DNA from: Bacteroidaceae bacterium
GTDB taxonomy: Bacteria > Bacteroidota > Bacteroidia > Bacteroidales > Bacteroidaceae
Length of the DNA: 64,000 bases
Reading direction: 5' to 3'
Assembly: GCA_017471185.1 (NCBI GenBank)
Contig: JAFUVZ010000050.1
Location: 27,974-91,973, forward strand
Shown here: one piece after another, positions 39,593-48,460 of the stretch
Position numbering within the stretch: the first letter of the stretch is position 1
Layout: each line of letters starts with the position of its first letter
Notes under the pieces: generated by a model
What the model was told of the DNA's origin: nothing
Database searches by the model: none
The model's input: the letters and a program-made list of their open reading frames with translations, nothing else
Made by a program: the position numbers and the translations under genes

Positions 39593-40165
39593 ATGGCAAA
39601 AATTGATTCAAGTTTGCTCGACAGAGCTATTAAATTTGCTGTAGAAGCCCACGCAAATGTTGAAAGAAGAGGGAAAGGATTTCCTTATATCGTTCATCCG
39701 ATGGAGGCAATGGTGATTGTATCCTCGATTACTCCTGACCAAGAGTTGTTGGCTGCCGCTGCCCTGCATGATACGGTAGAGGATACAGATACTACAGTGG
39801 AACAACTGAAGGAACTTTTTGGAGAGCGGGTTGCCAACCTTGTGGCTTGGGAGAGTGACGAAAAGCTGCCTGGCTCTGATTCAGAAACCTGGCACAAACG
39901 TAAGCAACTGGCTATCGACCATCTGGCTTCAGCTCCTTATGAAGCAAAGGTGGTGGCTATGGGCGACAAGCTTTCTAACATGAGGGCGATAGCTCACGAC
40001 TATGCCGTACTTGGTGATGCTTTCTGGAACCGTTTCCACGTAACTGATCCCAAGGAGCATGCCTGGCATTATCGCGGTCTGATGAACTCTCTGTCTGAAT
40101 TGGCTGGCACTCAGCCTTACGAGGAATTTAAATCATTAGTGATTCAGGTATTTGGCGAAGACTAA
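39593..40165 (+). CDS. Small alarmone hydrolase (stand-alone HD domain, Mesh1-like)
   Basis: H...RRG...PYIVHP, LHDTVEDT, DKLSN; 5 bp after the SAS stop. Confidence 0.9.
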   Translation: MAKIDSSLLDRAIKFAVEAHANVERRGKGFPYIVHPMEAMVIVSSITPDQELLAAAALHDTVEDTDTTVEQLKELFGERVANLVAWESDEKLPGSDSETWHKRKQLAIDHLASAPYEAKVVAMGDKLSNMRAIAHDYAVLGDAFWNRFHVTDPKEHAWHYRGLMNSLSELAGTQPYEEFKSLVIQVFGED

Positions 40166-41103
40166 ATCAGCCAGACGATAGCTACTGTAATCAATACCAT
40201 TAGGATTTCAGCCTGGCGGTTAATCTTGATTGCCAGGCGCATATCTGCTGTGGTAAGTTCCCGGTCGTTGGTGCCGATATAGGGCTTGTCGAATAATTCT
40301 CCGAAATAGATGTGGGGACCACCAAACTGACAGTCGAGGATGCCCGCCAACGCTGATTCCGGATAGCCGGAATTAGGACTTGCATGACAACGCCCAAAGC
40401 GTTTTACGAAAGCCAGCAATCGGGGCTTGCCAGCCACCAGTACCATCAGCAAGGCCGTCAGACGGGCAGGAATATAATTGGCCACGTCATCGAGTCTGGC
40501 AGCAAAGCAGCCGAAATGCAGGTATCGTTCAGAATGGTAACCAATCATACTGTCGAGTGTATTTACCATCTTATAGGCCATCATACCAGGCACACCTAAT
40601 ACTATATACCAGAATAAAGGAGCTATCACTCCGTCGCTGAGGTTCTCTGCCAAGGTTTCCAAGGCAGCTTTCCTCACTTCCTGTGCGGAAAGCCGGGTAG
40701 TGTCTCGTCCTACGATTCGCGCCACTTGCTTTCTGCCTTCTTCCAGTGAACGGTCAAGCGCCAGAAATACGTCGCGTACTTCCTTAATCAGAGTGGTGCC
40801 AGCCAAACAGAAGAAAACCAGGATTATCTGAAGAACAACATTGAGCCAAGGAAATATTTCCCTGCAAAGCATGAGCAAGCCCCATGTGGCAGAGAATACA
40901 AGCAGCACCAAGCTGATAGCCAGCAAGGCACCTTTCAGCTTGCGATGCTCACCTTTATTCAACTTATGCTCTCCCTTCGATATCATCTTGCCGAATAAAA
41001 CCACTGGGTGTGGCAGCCATGCCGGATCACCCAACAGACAATCCAGCAGGTAAGCGGCAATGACAATTGACAATGCTCCATTGTACACTATATCATTCTC
41101 CAT
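40162..41103 (-). CDS. cbiB: Adenosylcobinamide-phosphate synthase
   Basis: LGDP..LPHPV, IVGRDT, ENLSDGVIAP, NTLDSMIGY, SPNSGYPE. Confidence 0.95.
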   Translation of the reverse strand: MENDIVYNGALSIVIAAYLLDCLLGDPAWLPHPVVLFGKMISKGEHKLNKGEHRKLKGALLAISLVLLVFSATWGLLMLCREIFPWLNVVLQIILVFFCLAGTTLIKEVRDVFLALDRSLEEGRKQVARIVGRDTTRLSAQEVRKAALETLAENLSDGVIAPLFWYIVLGVPGMMAYKMVNTLDSMIGYHSERYLHFGCFAARLDDVANYIPARLTALLMVLVAGKPRLLAFVKRFGRCHASPNSGYPESALAGILDCQFGGPHIYFGELFDKPYIGTNDRELTTADMRLAIKINRQAEILMVLITVAIVWLI

Positions 41104-41184
41104 TCTTCATTATTCATTATTCATTTTCCATTATTCATTTTCCATTCTCCATTATCCATTCTCCATTATTCATTATCCATTATT
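41094..41184. repeat. 13 tandem heptamers CATT(A/C/T)T(T/C)
   Basis: cattctc cattctt cattatt cattatt cattttc ... cattatt spanning the cobD stop and cbiB start. Confidence 0.9.
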
Positions 41185-42211
41185 CAAGAATCCACTCCTT
41201 AATTTCCTCCACCAACTTATCATTTTCTTCAGGACGCTGGGCAGCAACTCTGAAGAAACGGTTATCGAGTCCCTTAAAATTAGAAGCGTCTCGAATGAGA
41301 ATACCATGATTCTCAGCCAGCCAATCTTTTAAGGCAGAAGCTTTTCCGAAGCGTAATTGTACCAGCATGAAATTGGTACAAGTCTCCCAAACCACCAAAA
41401 CACCTAAGGCATTGAGTTTATTTCTTAACCGCTGGGCTTCTTGCAGATAGGACTCAATCGGAGGCAACCCCTCGATATCGTGACTCAGTAGATAGAATCC
41501 CGCTTCGATCGCTAACGCATTGACCGACCAAGGCATCTTATGGGTACGCAACTGCTGCATCAGATACTCAGCTCCAGTCACGTAACCCAAACGCAATCCC
41601 GGCACGCAATATCGCTTCGTCAAACTATGTAACAGCAGTACATTGTCAAACTGCAAAGCATCTGCCGCAGAAAACAAAGGCTGCATCACGAAATGCTCAT
41701 ACGACTGGTCGATAACGAAGGTCACTTGAGGGTTGGCCGTTATCACCTGTTCCAACTGATGCTTCTCTATTACACTACCCGTTGGATTGTTGGGATTGCA
41801 GAGCCAGCACATCCTCACGTCTGATGGCAACAGAAAGCGTTCTCTTTCTCCCGGCATCTGAAAGATAGACGACACCCCACTTCGGTTCATCACGCAGGCA
41901 TCGGCATACTCGCGGAAAGTGGGCTGCAGCACTACCGCCTTCAATCCGTTGAACGCATGGGCGATGAGGTAAATGGCCTCAGTTGCTCCGTTGGTAACCA
42001 ACACCTCTTCTCGATTGATATGATGCCGTTCAGCCAACTGCTGTTCCAATGCGAAAGCCTCAGGCTCAGGATAACTGCTAATAACCCCCATCTTTTCACG
42101 CAAATAAGTCTGCAGTCCGCTCAAATCAGCATGGCTGTAAATATTTGAGCTGAAGTTCATCTCTATCTTCCGTCCGTAACGGTAACTGTCATCCCCGTGT
42201 CCTTCAATCAT
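41180..42211 (-). CDS. cobD: Threonine-phosphate decarboxylase (PLP-dependent)
   Basis: HGDD..FSSN, NGATEAI, CNPNNPTG, SLTK..PGLRLG; cob operon context. Confidence 0.88.
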   Translation of the reverse strand: MIEGHGDDSYRYGRKIEMNFSSNIYSHADLSGLQTYLREKMGVISSYPEPEAFALEQQLAERHHINREEVLVTNGATEAIYLIAHAFNGLKAVVLQPTFREYADACVMNRSGVSSIFQMPGERERFLLPSDVRMCWLCNPNNPTGSVIEKHQLEQVITANPQVTFVIDQSYEHFVMQPLFSAADALQFDNVLLLHSLTKRYCVPGLRLGYVTGAEYLMQQLRTHKMPWSVNALAIEAGFYLLSHDIEGLPPIESYLQEAQRLRNKLNALGVLVVWETCTNFMLVQLRFGKASALKDWLAENHGILIRDASNFKGLDNRFFRVAAQRPEENDKLVEEIKEWILE

Positions 42212-43748
42212 GATTTTTCAGTATTTGATAAACCTTCTCCATATCCACATGCTTTCGGATATGGTCGGCAAGCTTATCGTATTGTTCTTCCTTAAAACTT
42301 TGATAGTCAAAAGTCTTGTTGGAATTATCCATTTTCTCTTTCCAAGGTTCCAACAGAAAATCGATAAAAGCGGGATTGTCGAGAATACCATGAATATAGG
42401 TACCCATACACTTCCCGTCAACGAAATACCCGTCAGGGTGTCCGTCGGCAAAGACAGTCAGCGGCGAAGGTTCCGCTTCTTCCACAGGAACCGTCTCTCC
42501 CATGTGAATCTCGTAGCCCTGCATCAATGCGGTATCTGCCGACCCTGTCGCAAGCTTGAAAGCATCCTGTCGGGTAACCTTTTCTCCAGTCATCGATGTA
42601 CTTACAGGCAACAGTCCCAAACCTGGCAGACGTTCTATGCTACCCTCCACATGATTAGGGTCGAGCACTTCCACACCCATCATCTGATATCCTCCACAAA
42701 TGCCCATGACGGAAGCTCCGTTGCGATGTGCATGAATGATAGCTTGAGCCACACCATTCCTTCGCAATTCATAGAGGTCGTCGATAGTGCTCTTACTACC
42801 GGGCAGAATGATAACATCAGCTTTCTGGATATCCTCCGTATTGTTGGTATAAAAGAGATGTACACGAGGGTCTCGCTCCAACACATTGAAATCAGTGAAA
42901 TTACTGAGATGTCTCAACAGCACCACAGCCACATTTACCCTCCCCTGCTCCGCCTGCATGGATTTAGTTGCGAGAGCCACACTGTCCTCTTCCTCTATAT
43001 AGATATCTTTATAATAAGGTATCACGCCCAACACAGGCACCTGGCACAACTCCTCCAGCATCTTGACACCACTTTCAAAAAGTCGGATATCACCACGGAA
43101 TTTATTGATTATGATACCTTTTATATACTTCCTTTCTTCAGGTTTGAGCAATGCGATTGAACCATACACACTCGCAAACACCCCGCCTCTGTCGATATCA
43201 CCCACCAATATTACATCGGCTCCAGCGTGCATCGCCATCGGCAGGTTAACCAGGTCGCTGTCTCTGAGGTTGATTTCCGAGATACTTCCAGCTCCTTCCA
43301 TTACGATGGGGTTATAACGCTGTGCCAGTCGGTCGTAGGCCTCGCAGACAGCTTGGCGCAACTCCTCTCGCCCTTCCTTGCGGAAATAGTCATAAGCATG
43401 ACGGTTGCCAATAGGTTTGCCGTTCAGCACCACCTGACTGGTATGATCGCTCTGTGGCTTGAGCAGCAACGGATTCATGTCAGTATGACAAGGAATACCA
43501 GCTGCTTCAGCTTGGACAGCCTGTGCCCTGCCAATCTCAAAGCCGTCTGGTGTAGCGTAAGAATTCAACGCCATATTCTGAGCTTTGAAAGGTGCAGGAT
43601 GATAGCCGTCCTGCTTGAAGATACGGCAAAAACCCGCAGCGATAATGCTTTTACCCACATCGCTCCCCGTTCCCGCAAACATCACAGGACGCAAAACGTT
43701 AACCGTTGAAGATTGAGCATTGAGCATTGAACATTGAATATTATCCAT
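42204..43748 (-). CDS. cbiP: Cobyric acid synthase
   Basis: GTGSDVGKS, PFKAQNM, EGAGS, NFTDF, GICGGYQM, YEIH, TYIHG; exact start uncertain (repeat-derived). Confidence 0.95.
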   Translation of the reverse strand: MDNIQCSMLNAQSSTVNVLRPVMFAGTGSDVGKSIIAAGFCRIFKQDGYHPAPFKAQNMALNSYATPDGFEIGRAQAVQAEAAGIPCHTDMNPLLLKPQSDHTSQVVLNGKPIGNRHAYDYFRKEGREELRQAVCEAYDRLAQRYNPIVMEGAGSISEINLRDSDLVNLPMAMHAGADVILVGDIDRGGVFASVYGSIALLKPEERKYIKGIIINKFRGDIRLFESGVKMLEELCQVPVLGVIPYYKDIYIEEEDSVALATKSMQAEQGRVNVAVVLLRHLSNFTDFNVLERDPRVHLFYTNNTEDIQKADVIILPGSKSTIDDLYELRRNGVAQAIIHAHRNGASVMGICGGYQMMGVEVLDPNHVEGSIERLPGLGLLPVSTSMTGEKVTRQDAFKLATGSADTALMQGYEIHMGETVPVEEAEPSPLTVFADGHPDGYFVDGKCMGTYIHGILDNPAFIDFLLEPWKEKMDNSNKTFDYQSFKEEQYDKLADHIRKHVDMEKVYQILKNHD

Positions 43749-43767
43749 TTTCCATTATACATTTTCA

Positions 43768-44313
43768 TTATCCATTCCAGCTTTCCTCCTTAATTCCCTC
43801 ACACTGCAATTGCTCCTTCGTCATAATAAACAGAAAATCACTGAGCCGGTTCATGAACCGCATGATGGCAGGATTCACTGGAAACTCCCCGTTTACCGTC
43901 CACAAGCGACGTTCTGCCTGACGAGCTACCGTACGGGCAATATGTATTTCTGCGGAAGCCAATGATCCGCTCGGTAAAATGAAATGTGTACGCTCCTCTA
44001 TCTTGGCGGTTACCTCATCCATTTTCCGTTCCATAAGCTCGATGAGTTCCTCCACATGCAACTGTCGCGGATTATTCTTGCCAGGAGGCGTTGCTATATG
44101 GCTCATGATGCCCATCAGTTCTTTCTGAATGTCCAGGAGGAAAGGCTCCCATTCGTCAGCAATTTCAGGCATCACACGGAGTTTGCCAATCAAAGCGTTC
44201 AGCAAATCTATCGTGCCATTCGCCTCAATACGGATATCATCCTTCGGAACCCTTACACCCCCTCGAAGGCTCGTCATTCCCTCGTCGCCCGTCTTTGTAT
44301 ATACTTTATTCAT
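43768..44313 (-). CDS. PduO-type cob(I)alamin adenosyltransferase
   Basis: KVYTKTGDEG.TSL, GTIDLLN, RTVARQAER, NRLSDFLF. Confidence 0.92.
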   Translation of the reverse strand: MNKVYTKTGDEGMTSLRGGVRVPKDDIRIEANGTIDLLNALIGKLRVMPEIADEWEPFLLDIQKELMGIMSHIATPPGKNNPRQLHVEELIELMERKMDEVTAKIEERTHFILPSGSLASAEIHIARTVARQAERRLWTVNGEFPVNPAIMRFMNRLSDFLFIMTKEQLQCEGIKEESWNG

Positions 44314-45619
44314 AGCGGTTATTCCTAAAAAGTTTCATAATGTCAGTCTCACCCCAATATAAATGAGTATAACTGGATATCAAGTTCTTATATCTGAATA
44401 CAGGGGTCGGCACCTCATTCCCTTTGGCATCATACACCTGTATTGCCGACTCTGGCATATCATTCATCGGAACGAACTGCGTATAGTGGAACTCATGCCC
44501 ACGCAACGGTTGTCCGTTATAGCAGAATTGCCTGTAGCCGAGCGACAGTTTGCGGTCTTGCTTACGCATCGATATTGAGAACGGCAGAACGCCAGCCATC
44601 TCAAACGAGCCTTCGTCAGAAACGATGCCTTGCGAAAGGTAAATCATACCCCCGCATTCGGCCAAAGCCTTGCCTCCTTGCTCAATATACTTCCGCACGG
44701 ATTCCCTTGTCTTGGCTGACTTCACCAATGCTTCCGCATGCTTTTCCGGATATCCGCCAGGCAAGTAAAGCAAGTCAATGTCAGTAGGAATCTCCATTTC
44801 TTCCTCTGGATTGAAGAATGACACTTTCCCCAAACGATGAAGCATATCAAGGTGCTCGGCATAAATGAATGAAAACGAATCATCACTGCGGGCCACCAAA
44901 GTATGAATTGGTTCATGAAGTCTTTTTTCAACAGAAGGAGATTCTGCCAAAGGAAGACTTGTGGCTTCCATCAATCCTTGCCAATCTATATACTCATCTA
45001 TCAGAGCCGCCAGTTCATCCTCTTGACTCATCTTGCTGAAATCCAATCCTAAATAGCGTGAAGTCTGTTCCAGACTCTGCCTCTTGGGCAGATAGCCGAA
45101 ACAACGCAACTGCAAGTCGTCACAAACTTGCTGAAGCATCGCGAAATGACGCTCAGATCCTACCTTGTTGAATATCACGCCTGCCACCTTGACATTTTCC
45201 TTGAAATGGATGAAACCGTTCAGCAAAGGGGCCATCGAGTAAACTGCTGATTGGGCATTAACAACCAGTACTACAGGCAATCCAAGTATGCTTGAAATCT
45301 CAGCGCAAGAACCTTTGTCGCGGTCGTAGCCGTCGAACATGCCCATCATGCCTTCAACAATGCAGGCATCCGCCTCTTGCGCCTTCTGTACATATAGCTG
45401 ACGCACATGATTATGCGAAGCCATAAAGGTATCCAGATTATAAGAATGACGATGACAAACCTGAGCGTGAAACTTCGTATCGATATAGTCGGGCCCGCAT
45501 TTGAATGGCTGCACGCGAAAGCCTTTTGCCGTCAGCAACGCCATCAGACCCCGGCTCACGGTAGTCTTTCCGGCTCCTGATGTAGGAGCCGCAATCAATA
45601 ATTGGGGCAGTTTTCTCAT
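44306..45619 (-). CDS. cbiA: Cobyrinate a,c-diamide synthase
   Basis: SGAGKTT, FKCGPDYID, EGMMG, GGYPE, AECGG, GHEFHY. Confidence 0.95.
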   Translation of the reverse strand: MRKLPQLLIAAPTSGAGKTTVSRGLMALLTAKGFRVQPFKCGPDYIDTKFHAQVCHRHSYNLDTFMASHNHVRQLYVQKAQEADACIVEGMMGMFDGYDRDKGSCAEISSILGLPVVLVVNAQSAVYSMAPLLNGFIHFKENVKVAGVIFNKVGSERHFAMLQQVCDDLQLRCFGYLPKRQSLEQTSRYLGLDFSKMSQEDELAALIDEYIDWQGLMEATSLPLAESPSVEKRLHEPIHTLVARSDDSFSFIYAEHLDMLHRLGKVSFFNPEEEMEIPTDIDLLYLPGGYPEKHAEALVKSAKTRESVRKYIEQGGKALAECGGMIYLSQGIVSDEGSFEMAGVLPFSISMRKQDRKLSLGYRQFCYNGQPLRGHEFHYTQFVPMNDMPESAIQVYDAKGNEVPTPVFRYKNLISSYTHLYWGETDIMKLFRNNRYE

Positions 45620-45699
45620 GGTTAAACGCATTTTATGTCACAAAGATAAGCATATCTCTCGAAAAATACGTATATTCGCATCGTTAAAAACAAAAAATT

Positions 45700-47124
45700 A
45701 TGGTGAACAATCAACTGAAAGACCTTTATATCGCATACACAGGCCATGAGCCTGAAACCATTGAGGAAATGCCCTCTTCCGGTTCTAACCGCCTGTATTA
45801 TCGACTGAAGGGCAATCCAACGCTGATTGGCGTGAGAGGTGAATCACCCGAAGAGAACCAGGCATTCATCTATATGGCAAGACATTTCAAACGAAAGGGA
45901 CTGCCTGTACCTGAGGTCTTTGGCGTAAGTGACGATCAGATGTTCTACATCCAGGAGGACTTGGGTGACACCTTGTTATTTAAGGCGATTGAGAAAGGCA
46001 GACTTACCCATCAGTTCAGCGAAGAGGAGAAAACACTGCTGAAGAAGACGATGCGTCTGTTGCCGAAGGTGCAGTTCAGAGGTGCTGAAGGAATGGACTT
46101 CGGGATGTGCTATCCGCAGGCGGAGTTCAATTTGCGAAGCATCCTGTGGGACCTGAACTACTTCAAATACTGTTTCCTCAAAGCTACGGGACTGGCTTTC
46201 CAGGAGAACCAACTGGAAGATGATTTTCAACGATTGGCCGATGTGCTGCTGAAGAGTTCGTCAGACACTTTCATGTATCGCGATTTCCAAAGCCGTAATG
46301 TGATGATCAAGGACGGGGAGCCTTGGTTAATCGACTTTCAAGGAGGAAGAAAAGGGCCTTTTTACTATGATGTGGCTTCTTTCCTTTGGCAAGCGAAAGC
46401 CAACTACCCTGATAGCCTTCGCCAGGAGCTGTTGCATGAATATCTGGGTTCCTTGCGCACTTATAAGCGAGTGGATGATGATGAATTCTTCACCCAGCTG
46501 AGGCATTTCGTACTGTTCCGCACAATGCAGGTCTTGGGTGCTTACGGTTTCCGCGGCTATTTCGAGAAGAAGCCCCATTTCATGCAGAGCATTCCTTTCG
46601 CCATGGAGAATCTGCGTCAGTTGCTGAAGCATCCTTATCCCGAATACCCTTATCTTTGCGAAGTACTGAAGCAGCTCACCGAACTGGAACAATTTAAGGA
46701 GCAACAGAAGAAGCCATTGGTGGTGAAGGTGATGAGTTTCGCTTATAAAAAAGGTATTCCTGATGATCCTACAGGCAACGGTGGTGGCTATGTGTTTGAT
46801 TGCCGGGCTGTGAATAACCCAGGTAAATACGACCGCTACAAGCCGTTTATCGGATTAGACCAGCCGGTGATTCAATTCTTAGAGAATGACGGAGAGATAC
46901 TCACCTTCCTGCAACATGTCTATGGGTTGGTTGATGCTTCCGTGAAGCGTTATATGGAGCGTGGCTTTACTAACCTTTCCGTATGCTTCGGATGCACAGG
47001 CGGTCAGCATCGTTCTGTCTATGCCGCTCAGCATCTGGCAGAACATCTGAATAAGAAATTCGGTGTAGAGGTAAATCTCATCCATCGAGAGCAAAACATC
47101 CAGCAGGTTCTGCCGGCGAAATAG
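45700..47124 (+). CDS. APH-like (AmgK-type) phosphotransferase fused to a RapZ C-terminal domain
   Basis: SGSNRLYYR, EDLGD, YRDFQSRN, IDFQG; C-terminal SFAYKKGIP..FDCR..NP..GCTGGQHRSV. Confidence 0.88.
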   Translation: MVNNQLKDLYIAYTGHEPETIEEMPSSGSNRLYYRLKGNPTLIGVRGESPEENQAFIYMARHFKRKGLPVPEVFGVSDDQMFYIQEDLGDTLLFKAIEKGRLTHQFSEEEKTLLKKTMRLLPKVQFRGAEGMDFGMCYPQAEFNLRSILWDLNYFKYCFLKATGLAFQENQLEDDFQRLADVLLKSSSDTFMYRDFQSRNVMIKDGEPWLIDFQGGRKGPFYYDVASFLWQAKANYPDSLRQELLHEYLGSLRTYKRVDDDEFFTQLRHFVLFRTMQVLGAYGFRGYFEKKPHFMQSIPFAMENLRQLLKHPYPEYPYLCEVLKQLTELEQFKEQQKKPLVVKVMSFAYKKGIPDDPTGNGGGYVFDCRAVNNPGKYDRYKPFIGLDQPVIQFLENDGEILTFLQHVYGLVDASVKRYMERGFTNLSVCFGCTGGQHRSVYAAQHLAEHLNKKFGVEVNLIHREQNIQQVLPAK

Positions 47125-47141
47125 TTACGGGCCAAGAGTTA

Positions 47142-47190
47142 AATGTTCAATGTTCAATGTTCAATATTCAATGTTTAATGTTCAATGTAT
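47142..47190 (+). repeat. Seven AATGTTC-type heptamers ending in the next gene's ATG
   Basis: aatgttc x3, aatattc, aatgttt, aatgttc, aatgtat. Confidence 0.8.
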
Positions 47191-47940
47191 AAACGTGCTA
47201 TGATATTCGCAGCAGGCATCGGCTCACGCCTGCGCCCAATAACCGACAGCATTCCAAAGGCACTGGTACCTGTGGCTGGAGTCCCTATGCTGCAACGCAC
47301 CCTGCTCAGGTTGCAGTCATTTGGATTCAATGATGTGATTATCAATATACATCACTTCGGTCAGCAGATTATCGATTTCCTGCGTGCCAACGACAATTTC
47401 GGCATGAATATCTGTGTCAGCGATGAGCGCGACGAATTGCTGGATACAGGAGGAGGCATTCTGAAAGCCAGGCAGTTCCTGGAAGGCGATTCGCCTTTTC
47501 TGGTACACAATGTAGATATCCTCAGCGACATCGATTTGAATCAGGTATATCAGGAACACGTGGAGAGTGGTGCTGATGGTACCCTGTTGGTGAGTGACCG
47601 AAATACCACTCGCAAGCTATTGTTCGACAAAGATATGCGTCTGCACGGATGGCTCAATCATAACACTGGTGAGGTAAAGCCAGATGGCTTTGATTACGAT
47701 CCTGTTCGATATCGAGAACTGGCGTTTGAAGGGATTCATGTCATTTCTCCCACCTTGTTCCGCTATATGGGCGAAGGTACCGAGTGGCAGGGAAAATTCT
47801 CCATTATACCGTTCTATCTCTCAGTATGCCAACGACTCCAGCTTCACGGCTATGAGCTAAAAGATATCACTTGGTTTGACATCGGAAAGCCCGATACACT
47901 GCGTCAGGCCAATGAGTATTACCAGCAAATTGGCAGATAA
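47185..47940 (+). CDS. Sugar-phosphate nucleotidyltransferase (MurU-like)
   Basis: AMIFAAGIGSRLRP.T...PKALV, LDTGGG, HNVD, WFDIG. Confidence 0.88.
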   Translation: MYKRAMIFAAGIGSRLRPITDSIPKALVPVAGVPMLQRTLLRLQSFGFNDVIINIHHFGQQIIDFLRANDNFGMNICVSDERDELLDTGGGILKARQFLEGDSPFLVHNVDILSDIDLNQVYQEHVESGADGTLLVSDRNTTRKLLFDKDMRLHGWLNHNTGEVKPDGFDYDPVRYRELAFEGIHVISPTLFRYMGEGTEWQGKFSIIPFYLSVCQRLQLHGYELKDITWFDIGKPDTLRQANEYYQQIGR

Positions 47941-48054
47941 ATATAGGAAATTATTTGGCAATTCGGAGAATTTGCCTAAATTTGCAACAGAAAAGTGGTT
48001 ACAGTAACAAGATTACTGTTTTGGAATAAATTATTAACTATAAAACTGAAAGAA

Positions 48055-48405
48055 ATGAAGAAAAGTATTTTAGCGATTGGATTGTGCCTCTTGGCCGTAA
48101 CAGGTTATGCAAAAGACATCAAGACCGTAGTTGTAACCACTACTCCACAGATGCATTGTGCAAATTGTGAGAACCGTGTAAAGACCAACCTCATCAAGGT
48201 GAATGGCGTTGAAGGCATCACTACCAGTCTCGTTGCCCAGACGGTGACAGTGAAATATGATGCTGACAAGATTTCTGAAGAGAACCTCATCAAGAGCTTC
48301 CAGGACTTCAAGTATGAGGCCCGCAAGTTGAAGGAAGGCGAGAAGGTTGTACGCGAGAAGCACGAGTGCAAGGAAGAGCAAGGCGTAGTTTACGAAACCG
48401 AGTAA
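48055..48405 (+). CDS. Exported heavy-metal-associated (HMA) domain protein
   Basis: Signal peptide then MHCANC; TAAATTTG box at 47977. Confidence 0.88.
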   Translation: MKKSILAIGLCLLAVTGYAKDIKTVVVTTTPQMHCANCENRVKTNLIKVNGVEGITTSLVAQTVTVKYDADKISEENLIKSFQDFKYEARKLKEGEKVVREKHECKEEQGVVYETE

Positions 48406-48426
48406 CTCCCTACTCCCATATCAAAC

Positions 48427-48459
48427 AAGAAGCACAACCCTATCGGCTGTGCTTCTTTT
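48427..48459. terminator. Intrinsic terminator
   Basis: AAGAAGCACA...TGTGCTTCTTTT. Confidence 0.75.
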
Positions 48460-48460
48460 A

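Noticed and set aside
41060-41332. Plus-strand ORFs rich in FSIIHY
   Set aside because: Artefacts of the heptamer tract, antisense to cobD/cbiB.
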